Assembly: GCA_964016885.1 (NCBI GenBank)
Contig: OZ024749.1
Span: forward strand, 39,556,001 to 39,620,000
Source: Eledone cirrhosa
Lineage: Eukaryota
Length of the DNA: 64,000 nucleotides
Reading direction: 5' to 3'
The notes beneath the pieces are model-generated. The model had not been told where the DNA came from and did no database searches. It saw only the letters and a list, made by a program, of their open reading frames with translations. Every line of letters begins with the position of its first letter. Position 1 is the stretch's first letter. This document shows, piece after piece, positions 13,977 through 23,700 of this stretch. The translations under genes were made by a program, and so were the position numbers.

Positions 13977-16900
13977 CGTCGACAGACCTAGACTGTGTAA
14001 GGTGATAGACCAAGTCATGCATCCTTAATGAGAAAAGGGCGTATGAACATAACTAACACCTGCAACTTCGGACCTCAATATATATATATATGTATGTACA
14101 TGTGTGTGTATGTGCGTATATATATATATATACATACATCAATTACTATTTCACTATCACTTTCTTGAGGTAGTAAGCTTGTTTTAAATGCAATTAGGAT
14201 ACAGATATGGGGGAGAGAGGGGTGTGCATTTGTGTGATAAACCTACCAAAATGATTGACCAATAGACCTGCTGTTGAAATAACCCGAACTATAGTCTGTT
14301 CTGAAACTAAATGACTCATCAAGGCTGTTTGAAAATAAAAGAATAAATCACAATCAAATCTACTGTTTTTTATCTCTGAAATCTTTCAATGGAATGTTGA
14401 ACTGATAATGTATTGAAACTGTTAACCCTTTACCATTTACATTACACTACATATATATACCATTATATTTTCACGGTAAAGGCTTTACCTCACATAATAT
14501 CAAATCTATGAGATTTTGGTATTACTTATTTTGAGAACAATACCTTAACATAAGTATGAGCAGCCAGTTACAGCTGGTTTGAACAGAAAGAGATGAGAGA
14601 ATTCTGGCCAGATATGGCTGGTTTAAATGCTAAAGGGTTAATCTATTGAAACTGTTAATGTATTGAACTATTAATATATTGAAACAGTTGATCTACTAAA
14701 AGTGATTACTGAATGACGATTTTGGTTAAATGTTAACAATAATGGAATAAGAGATTGTATATAATCTGTATTAACCATTTCATGATAATGTTTCTAATGA
14801 AGTACACTCTATTTCAATTAATTATGAGAGATATACTAAAATTATTAAATATTTCATTACTAGAACAGTAACCAAACATGGTTCTCATATAAACATTATA
14901 TTAGGAGATTTAAATAGGAATCCTTTAAATAGGTGGTTTTGTTTTATAGAACTAGAGATGGCTTTTGCCAGGTTGGTATCAAAATGGTTAAATGTTGATC
15001 AGATGGTGTAATGGAATCAGAAAGTGTATATAATCTGTTATATGTTGTTCAGAGTTGTAATAGAATAAAAGAGAGTATATAATCTATATATGTTGTTTAG
15101 TACAATAGAATGGTGTATAATCTTATATATTGTTCAGATGGTGTAATAGCTTGAGAGAGTGTATATAATATATTGTACAGAGAGTGTATGTATAATCTAG
15201 AATATATATTGTTCAAAGTGTTTATATAATCTATATTATAGGTTGTGTATATATTTTACATTGTTCAGAGAGTATATATATTCTACATTATATGCTGTTA
15301 GATGGTGTATATAATGTATATTATATGTTGTTCAGAGTATGTATATATATATATTATATGTAATTCAGAGAATGTATGTATAATATATATTGAATATTAT
15401 TGAGAGAGTGTATTTACAATATATATTATATGTTGTTCAGAGGTGTGATAGAATGAGATGCATATATAATCTATACTAAAGATTGTTAGATGATATATAT
15501 AATGTATACTCTATATTGTTCACAGTGTATAATATATATATATATATAAATTACAGAATAATCAAACTATGTTCAAAACACCAATAAAATGTTTTGAACA
15601 TAGTTTTGATTATTCTATAATTTATATTTCTGCTCTGTAAAACATCTGATGTATTTACATTGAGCTATTTTTCTTACTGGTAATAAGGTGGTAAAAAATT
15701 ACTGACCTTTCCTGTTTATAATTATATATAGTGTATAAGTATAAATAATATTATTATTATATATATATATAATGTACATTATAGAAATATTATTTACCAT
15801 TCTCTGCTGTTGTGTTCACATAATAGTTCTGTAGGACTTCGTGTGGCCCAGTGGCAGGAAGTTGGTAACACCCAACAGTTAGATATGGTCACATCTTCAT
15901 TTGTAGAATTATGCACTGACAACAGAAATTATGCTTGTTATAACACTATTATTATTATTTTTAATGATGATGATTTCTAATCTAGACACAAGGACTGCAA
16001 TTCGTGGGGGGGGGGGAGTCGCTTATATCAACCCCGGTATTTAACTGGTTCTTTATCTTATTTACCCACAGAAGGATGAAAGGCAAAGCTAATGATTTAG
16101 GCACAAGGCCAACAATTTTGGGGGAGGGGAAAGTCAATTGAATCGACCCCAGTACGTTACTGGTACTTTATTTTATTGACCCTCTTAAGGATGAAAGGCA
16201 AAGCTAACCTCAGCAGGATTTGAACTCAGAATGTAAAGGGCTGTAACTCTATGCCCACAGAGCATGATTTCTGACGGTCGACCAATTCTGCCAATCCACT
16301 GCCCTCAATGATAATAATAATTGTTTCTACTTTTGGCACACGGCCAGCAATTATCCCAGTGTATTACTGGTACTTTATTTTATCAACCCCCGTAAGGGTG
16401 AAAGGTAAAGTTAACAATAATAATAATAATAATTGTTTCTTCTTTTTGTACAAGGCCAGCAATTTGGGAAAGGGGAAAAGTTGAATATATTGACCTCAAT
16501 ACCTGACTGGTACTTTATTTTATTGACCCCTAAAAGAATGAAAGGCAAAGTTGACCACAGACGGATTTAACTCAGAATGCAAAGGGTCATAACTAAATGG
16601 CAGAAAGCATTTTGTCTGATGCTATAAAAATAAAAATAATGATTTCTAGTATAAGTAGGTACAAAAGCAGAAATTTTCAGAGGTGGACAAAGTCAATTAA
16701 AATGACCCCAGTACTTTACCAATACTTTATTGACCCTGGAGGGATGAAAGACAAAGTTGACCTCAACCAAATTAACTTTGCCTTATAATAACAGTAACAG
16801 CAGTAGTATTAGTATTAGGAGTTTCTATCACATGGCCAGAAAGTTTTGATTACATTGACCTCTGTACATGACTGACCTTTCAGTAAAATGAACTGTTTTC

Positions 16901-19186
16901 CAGCAGCCTGAGCAAGATGGCATTTGAGTTTAGGTGGCTGTATCAGGTTTAGAAGACAACTTACTGGAAAGACAGAAGAAAGAAAAGAAAAAGAGAACAT
17001 TATTTGAAGAATGAGGGAATAATTTAGAGAGAAAAGCTAATTAATGGAAACACATTATTTTAATTTGTTTAATGACATTTGAAGTTTATATTAATTATAC
17101 ATTAATAATTATAAGCTTATATATAAATCTATCAGGGAAAACTGATGTGTGATGGTGATACTATGATATTGATGAGTTCTTACAGGGACCCCCCCCCCTA
17201 GATTTATAGTAGGATATCATCCTCATTATCATGATTATCTCCATCATCATCATGGCTTCAGGTAGTTTGGAATCAAAGAGGTTGATATAACATAGCTAAG
17301 CTCATCCATACAAGAGGTAAAATGAAGTAGGTACTTACAAGATTGCTTTGTAACAGTCTTTGGTGTAGGTGGCAGTCCAGTGGATGAATCAGGACTAAGG
17401 CAAAAATCCTTTTCAAGTGCCATCCATTCTGTTGGTGTTGGTGTCTTGGAGAGCCAAACAGCTACTGAGAGCAACACCTTCTTACAGTCACCTGGGACAG
17501 AGGTGAGACTTAGGCTGAGAGGAACTACATAGATGTTACTTTTAGAAAAGTAAGGCTTTTCTTTCTGAAAGAGAGAGAGAGAAAAAAAGGATTAGTAAGT
17601 ATCTATACATCAGGTCAACTTTGCTTTTCTTACATTCGAGATCGATAAAAAAAAAAAATAGCCGTCAAATACTGGAGTCGATTCTTCCTCTAATATCACT
17701 TTCTCATTTCCATTCTCTCACTCTATCAGTCTCTGGAAGAAATCTGCTGTACTCAGGCCTGGAGAGATGGGCTCCGCCAGGTTTTAAAATGCCCCTACGA
17801 CACCCTCGGGAGTTACAAGACCATGCATACTACACCAAGAAGGCAGCGAATTGGCAGAGTCATTAAAACGTTGGATAGAATGCTTTGTAGTATTCGATCT
17901 GGTTCTCTACACTGGGTTCAAATCCCACCGAGATCAAGATTACTTTTCATTCATTCGAGTTCGATAAAAGAAAGTACCAGTCAGGTACTGGGATGTCAAT
18001 TCTCTCTCTTTCTTTGGGAGAAATCAGCTGTGTTTAGACCTGGATAGCGGATGGATTCCGTCAGATTTAAAATGTCCAAGACACGCCATATGTTATTACG
18101 ACGACCCTACGACTCTCTCACCCATATATCATCAACAGCTGTTTTTCTTTTTTCCATGCTGTTTTGTGTTAGACGAAACTTTTAAAGGCAAATTCTACAG
18201 CCAGATACTTTTCCTGGCGACAATCACATTTGTTATTAAGTTAAAAGTAAGGTACGGATCTCTGCATGTCAAAATACTGAGCTGAGGAAATTGCTTTTAT
18301 GTGGAATGTAAACAAATATCATCATCTGTGTTGGCGATGTCGACTACGAAGAGTAGGAAAGAACCCGAGACACACATAGACATCTACATAGATACAAATA
18401 CACCCACAGATACAAATACATCTACAGAGACACACACAAACGTACAGACACACAACCACAATACAAATACAGAACATGTACACAATACTGAGACAGAGTA
18501 CCTGCCAACTTTAAATAGATTGTGTAACCTCGAAGTGAACACACACACACACGCGTGTGTCTGTGTATGTATGTATGTGAGTCTATGTTTACGTTTGTGT
18601 TTATGTCCCATAACTTAGCGATTCGACTAAAAAGAAATCATTGCAAAAAAAAAAAAAAAGAAAAAAAAATACTGGGGTTGATATGACCGACTAAATCAAG
18701 GAAATGCTCCAGCACGGCCGCATACTAACGAATGAAACCAGTAAAAGAATGAAAAAGAAAGTAAACATGTTAAAAATAGGCGAAGAGAAAAAAACGTACC
18801 AGATGGAAGTGTGAAACTGTCCTGGAATCAGATCCCTCGGTAAAACTGAGACAAATTCTACACTGGCCAAAGTGCCAGCTGTGGTCAACAGAAGGTTCTT
18901 TGACGGAGAATCGACGATCGTCATGGTTTCTGTCCGAATTTGGGGCAGGAGTCAGACACCCGTGTACCCCAAGTTGACTTATTCGACGACGCCAAGACTC
19001 TAAATCCGAATATTTATCGCGTTCGGGACAATACTTCACTAATACGAATACATCGATCGATTGTCCGATGTAGACAGACTTCAGCTGGTGATATGTGTCT
19101 TCATATGGAGAAAATGGTTTATTTTTGTCGGATACGACAAGTTCTAAAGACGAGGCCTCGTCCACATTGTCTACACTATCTTCCAT
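6055..19186 (-). CDS. TRAPPC14: Trafficking protein particle complex subunit 14 (C7orf43/MAP11) homolog, 13 coding exons, ~625 aa
   Basis: Exons 19186-18800, 17564-17339, 16963-16877, 15915-15798, 14324-14247, 13384-13249, 13031-12949, 12733-12656, 11381-11278, 9113-9038, 8165-8096, 7659-7370, 6199-6055. All introns are GT-AG with consistent phases, total 1878 nt. Motifs LIQPPKLKC..AAGKQFILLKVHNST, YSLPNIKL, YTISNKLQDFLALRLYWNP and GLFELGQHMKLNLRY match human C7orf43 as I recall it (LLPPPVLRC..VAGKHLTVLKVLNSS, YTLLNNLQDFLAVRLVWTP, GLFELSQHMKLKLQF). Confidence 0.88.
7005..7345. repeat. 85-bp tandem repeat, ~4 copies (SINE-tail derived; degenerate copies at 6510-6720)
   Basis: ATACTAGGGTTG recurs at 7091, 7176, 7261. 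Confidence 0.9.
7370..7659 (-). CDS. TRAPPC14: TRAPPC14 exon 12
   Basis: TTCCAG| and |GTAAGT; LGQHMKLNLRYA followed by a Ser-rich region. Confidence 0.88.
8096..8165 (-). CDS. TRAPPC14: TRAPPC14 exon 11
   Basis: TGGCAG| and |GTAAGT; SCPKGSTMTANVRFQILHPGLFE. Confidence 0.9.
8303..8513 (+). mobile_element. piggyBac-type MITE family A
   Basis: TTAA ends, same core. Confidence 0.8.
9038..9113 (-). CDS. TRAPPC14: TRAPPC14 exon 10
   Basis: TTTCAG| and |GTAAAT; MNSIICQDPDVLLG. Confidence 0.85.
10085..10430 (+). mobile_element. Decayed RTE-like LINE reverse-transcriptase fragment
   Basis: LNGVPLKQMETFKYLG is the RT domain-7 FKYLG motif; frameshifted downstream. Confidence 0.8.
11278..11381 (-). 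CDS. TRAPPC14: TRAPPC14 exon 9
   Basis: TTACAG| and |GTTTGT; FNVLYTISNKLQDFLALRLYWNP. Confidence 0.9.
11490..12337. mobile_element. Non-autonomous Tc2/pogo-like DNA transposon containing a nested SINE
   Basis: TA-CCATATATGTATACTCAAATATAAGC ... GCTTATATACGAGTATATATGG-TA degenerate TIRs; internal repeats of TATAAGCCGACC. Confidence 0.65.
11638..11968 (+). mobile_element. tRNA-derived SINE with RTE-like 3' tail
   Basis: A box TGGCTTAGTGG, B box GAGTTCAATTC, tail CCCTTGCAAGCAGGGAAAAGTGGACGTAAAATG...(GAT)n. Confidence 0.8.
12656..12733 (-). CDS. TRAPPC14: TRAPPC14 exon 8
   Basis: TTGCAG| and |GTAGGA; LPNIKLHHPPFVVSVSCKDEITVGR. Confidence 0.87.
12949..13031 (-). CDS. TRAPPC14: TRAPPC14 exon 7
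   Basis: TTGTAG| and |GTATGT; MFSLAAHVSWCSQQ...TTY. Confidence 0.82.
13249..13384 (-). CDS. TRAPPC14: TRAPPC14 exon 6
   Basis: CTGCAG| and |GTAGGT; STFPLYLSPGEVLSLVF. Confidence 0.82.
14247..14324 (-). CDS. TRAPPC14: TRAPPC14 exon 5 (78 nt, phase 2-2, poorly conserved)
   Basis: AAACAG| and |GTAGGT, open frame LDESFSFRTDYSSGYFNSRSIGQSF; the exon is frame-neutral, so homology support is weak. Confidence 0.6.
14422..14641 (-). mobile_element. piggyBac-type MITE family A
   Basis: TTAA ends, reverse copy. Confidence 0.8.
15798..15915 (-). CDS. TRAPPC14: TRAPPC14 exon 4
   Basis: TGTCAG| and |GTAAAT; VHNSTNEDVTISNCWVLP. Confidence 0.85.
16877..16963 (-). CDS. TRAPPC14: TRAPPC14 exon 3
   Basis: TTCCAG| and |GTCAGT; SCLLNLIQPPKLKCHLAQAAGKQFILLK. 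Confidence 0.88.
17339..17564 (-). CDS. TRAPPC14: TRAPPC14 exon 2
   Basis: TTTCAG| acceptor, |GTAAGT donor; KEKPYFSKSNIYVVPLSLSLTSVPGDCKKVLLSVAVW. Confidence 0.85.
18800..19186 (-). CDS. TRAPPC14: TRAPPC14 exon 1 (MEDSVD...SHFHL)
   Basis: ATG with an in-frame stop two codons upstream; donor CTG|GTACGT; VYIGQSIDVFVLVK resembles LYLGETVRFLLVLR. Confidence 0.8.
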
Positions 19187-20202
19187 TCTTCATTGCAGCC
19201 CCAACCAAAAGCACCAAGTACGGCTTTTCTCGCGCCTCTCTCTAAATTGCAGTAACAATCATCATATGAAGTCTTCAGTCGAACAGATTTATTTAAAGTT
19301 TTATTAGCCACTACTAATTTAGTATATATTTCTGGACAGTTTCAGAACAGTAGACATAAGATTCTGGCTAATAAACACACACATATATATTATCGCTGTA
19401 AATCTATACTAGTGGCTTGGTATTTCGTGACTGAAGACATTTATCAAACCAGTTTGAAAAATGTCCCTCTACACGAAACTCCTGGCCCTCAAGCCACTAA
19501 TATAACTTCGTGGCTATAAATAAAATATACATCACTCTACTCATGTATTGAATTTATTTTCCTGTTCGTACAAACAAACCTGTAAACATTCTGACAACAA
19601 AAATATACTATTTTTGTATTATATTAATTATGGCTTTTTTCCCCAAGAAAAGATTTTCTTCTTTCTTTATATGCCATAAATATAGTAGGTTCTTAAGTAG
19701 GTCTCATAGAAAGTCAACAAAAATTTTTTTTAATGTTTAATGTCACCTAAATCGCGTATCGTCTGCTAGTAACATATGTATTATTAATTATACACACTGA
19801 CATAACGGATTCTATTAATATCGTTTGATTTCACGACAAATAAAAATGCTAAAATTCAATTTAATAAAATCTGTTTTATAAAAGACGACCCTATTTTGAT
19901 AGTGTGACTAAAGGTGACTAAAAGGATTAAAATGAAGGACATCATCTGTAAAAATATTCTTATGATGACTGTGAAGCCTGCTTTGGGGGCCGCATGGCTA
20001 TCATGTTTTAGCAAGGAAAATAGCATTAAAACTCTTGTTATTTTTAATAAAAGACAGCCCTATTTAATTATTTTGTTTTGTTTTATTTTGGAAGAAAATC
20101 AATTATCACTGCCCAACCCCAACAAAAAATAAACCAAACTATTTTACTGTTCAGCTGTGACCATCTGGCCATTTCTGTAGTCAAATATAAGTTAAATGGA
20201 AA
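19187..20202. promoter_or_regulatory. Probable bidirectional promoter region between TRAPPC14 and PCID2
   Basis: Divergent start codons 1016 bp apart; local CpG retention; YY1-like AAAATGGCG overlapping the PCID2 ATG. Confidence 0.65.
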
Positions 20203-20238
20203 ATGGCGCATCTTTCGCTTAATCAGTATTTGGCTAAA
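20203..20238 (+). CDS. PCID2: PCID2 exon 1 ([12 protein letters not shown])
   Basis: ATG, AAA|GTAAGA donor; resembles MAHITINQYLQQ. Confidence 0.9.
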
Positions 20239-20747
20239 GTAAGAAATCGGCTTTTTATTAGTAATAATTTGTTAAATATTTATTTACAATCATCTATTTC
20301 AGTAGAAAATTATTAACTAAATCATTCAAATTATTTTGTGCGATATATATATATATAGAGAGAGAGATAAGAAACTATATATATTTTTATTAATATGACT
20401 ATAAACACATTCAGCGTGATTTAACTCCCAGTGTAAAATATTTATATTTATAAAAGTTCACTATAATAAAAAAAAAAAAATTTATTAAATGTTATTTCAA
20501 ATAGAATTACTTCACGTTTTTGCCTTTCATCCTTACGGGGTTGATAAAATAAAGTACCAGTAATGCACTGAGTATTTGGTGGCCTTGTGCCAAAAGTAGA
20601 AACAGTTATTTAATCGTACACGGTTAATTATATCGTTTTGACAATAGATCTCGAAATAAAATGAAAACATTTCGCCCGATCCACAATATTTATTGTGTCA
20701 GGTTAGATATTATTAGAGCTAAGGTTTCCTTGTCAGCTTTCTCGCAC

Positions 20748-20787
<40 letters not shown>

Positions 20788-23700
20788 TTATATACACACA
20801 CACACGTGCATACATGAGCGGAGCATTCAAAATGAACCCAGTAAATCGTACACGATATTTTCAATTCTTTGTTTTGAGATACCTTGTCAATTACACCCAC
20901 ATAAGACTTACACACTCTCTCAATTACACTCAACAAAAGAGAATTGTTGGTGTTCTCTAAAAAGTGTTGAGGCAATCCAAAGCTCACTCACTTTACATAC
21001 GAGGCACCTACCTCTAGCACAAGGGCAAAGGGTAAGTTTGTTGGACCTCTTCTCATTGACTCCAAACAAATCTGACTGACTCAGAATCAAAGGAGTATTA
21101 ACTTTGGCTATAATGAAGTTAAACTCAGTGTGGTGAGTGAAACAATCCCATATTTAATCTATGAAGGCCCTTTGATATAGAAAGACTCGCCACATCTCTT
21201 ATTTGACTTTTAAAAGCTACTTTTATTATTTATATTCTATAGGTACAGAATGCTTTCCGGAATGAAGATGGACTAGGTGCTGCTGTAAGTATAAAACCTA
21301 TTTTTTAAATATTGGTATGATTTGGCTTTATTTTAAGGTTTTATGTAGTACTGGTGTACATTGTCCAGATTTATTACTGACTAGATATACCTTAGACTTC
21401 TCAGTCTTCTCTCAGGAGAGAAGATTGCATTGATACAGACATATGATGTGCATGGATGATGACCGATGGGCGAAAAAGTAACAGCAAATGCCAATGGAAG
21501 GAAACTGCAGTAGAGGTAAACCAACAAAGATCTGGGCAGAGGTAGTGAGAGCTGACCTCAAATTGTTGAGACTCACAGAGGAGATGCTGAAGAAATGTAG
21601 CGAGTGGAGAGATGCTGTGCTGAGAAGGACCCATCCAGGCCATGCAAGCATGGAAAAATGGACATAAAAACGATGATGATGATTTCAATTTTTAATGCCA
21701 TGCAGTCATAGTGCTGTTTTGTACTTTGCTGAGTTAAATACTAACCTATTGAACATATTCTAAAAGCTGCTTGTCTTTACCATAGGTCTCATGAAATTGT
21801 TCTCCTTTCAGACATTGTTCTCCTTCAAACATGCCCACGTTGCTAACAGACGTTTACAGCTAGAGAAGCCAGAGTCAGATTGTCAGAATTACTTTGATCC
21901 TCCATATGACGAGTTAGTGGCAGCTCATCTCAAGTACGTATACTGTAATATTCTTTTACTAATTATAGTCTTTATAGACAGTAGCCATGCTGGGGCACTG
22001 ACTTCACAGGATTTAGTCAATCACATTGACTCTATACTGCAAATTAGCCTGGTTGTTAGCATGTTGGATTAAATGCTTTGCAGTATTGAGTTCAAATCCC
22101 GCTGATTCCAACTTTGTCATTCATCCTTTCGAGGTTGATAAATTGTTACAGTACTGGATGAGATGTTTTGTGGTATATGTGCTGGAGTCTGTGGACAGAC
22201 AGGCCTAAAACCAGCATAGTTACTGAGTCTTCATCCAGGGATGGATCAAGAATATTTGGGTGGATAGAGATTCACTACAGTACTTTTATTGATCTGTGTT
22301 CATCAAAGGGTTAACCTAACTTTTTGACATTGATGAATATGGAAACTATATAGAAAACCCTTCAGTCTGGCCGAGCTTGTGACACTGTCTCTAGTGCAGG
22401 TGTCATAATAAAATGCACCCAGTACATTTTGTAAAGTGGTAGTGCTGGTATCATAATAAAATGCATCCAGTACATTATGTAAAGTGGTAGTGCTAGAACC
22501 ATAATAAAATGCACCGAGTACATTCTATGAAGTGGTTGGTGTTAGGAAAGGGTATCTGGCTATAGAAACCCTGCCAAATATGGAATATATGATCAAGATG
22601 AGGTCTCTCTGACCTGTCTAGCTCCTGACTGTGGCAACCCATCCAACCCATGCTGACATGTAAGGCGGATGTAAAATGATGAATGCAACTTGATAAATTG
22701 TTAAATCTGCTCAGAAGACAGGCTTCCAAACAGTTTCTGCATACCAAATTTACTCACAAAGCATTGGTTAATCTGAGTTTACAGTGGAAGACACTGGCCC
22801 AATGTATGTCATGCAGTGGAATTGAACTTAAAACGATGTGATTTCAAAGTGTACTTCTTAACAACAAAGTTCTTTCTACACCTATAAAAATTCAACTTTA
22901 CAAGTTTACACCATCTTTTGTTTTATATTTCAGATGTTGCTGGGCTGTAGCTAACAGTGACTTTCTAAGTGCTTATGGTTGCCAAGCTCTGGTTGTTCAA
23001 TATCCTTTGAAATGCTTTTCTTAATTTATTATTTTTTTCTTTTATTCTTATGTTTGTTCCACTCATTGGACTGTGGCCAATCTGGGGCACTATTCTCAAG
23101 GTTTTAATCAATCACATCAACCTCAGTACATATATATAAGCCTGGTACTTATTTTATTGGTAAAAGAATAAATAGACTTCCTTACTTTCACCCACTGTTA
23201 GACAGCATCTGCCAAATGTTGAGTCTTACTTGCTTTGTCTTAGGTCCCCCATAACCATTTGGCACAGCAAACATCTACCATTTCAAACAGTTAGTTACTA
23301 TTGTTTCTACATCTTCTCAGTTGATGTCCCCTCCCATTAGGTCCTTGAATATTCTGACCTGGGTCTTCTTGGGACTTTGTATCCTCTGTTTACCCTCTCG
23401 TAGGATCCAACAAGTAAATGTAGAGAGTACTAATTGGGATTTAATAATCTACAACAGTTTATACTTAATACAAATGCCTCCCACAGATATACACAATATA
23501 TAAACACACACATATGTATCCATGCTTACATATATATATCCTCATCATCACTGCTTTTCCATGCTTGCAAGGGATGGATGGGTTCTTTCTAGTACAATCT
23601 CCCTCCAAATATATATATATATATATATTTGTACAAAGGCCAGAGCTAATTAATACATCAATATATTTTTGTCTACAGTGCTAATTAATACATCAATGTC

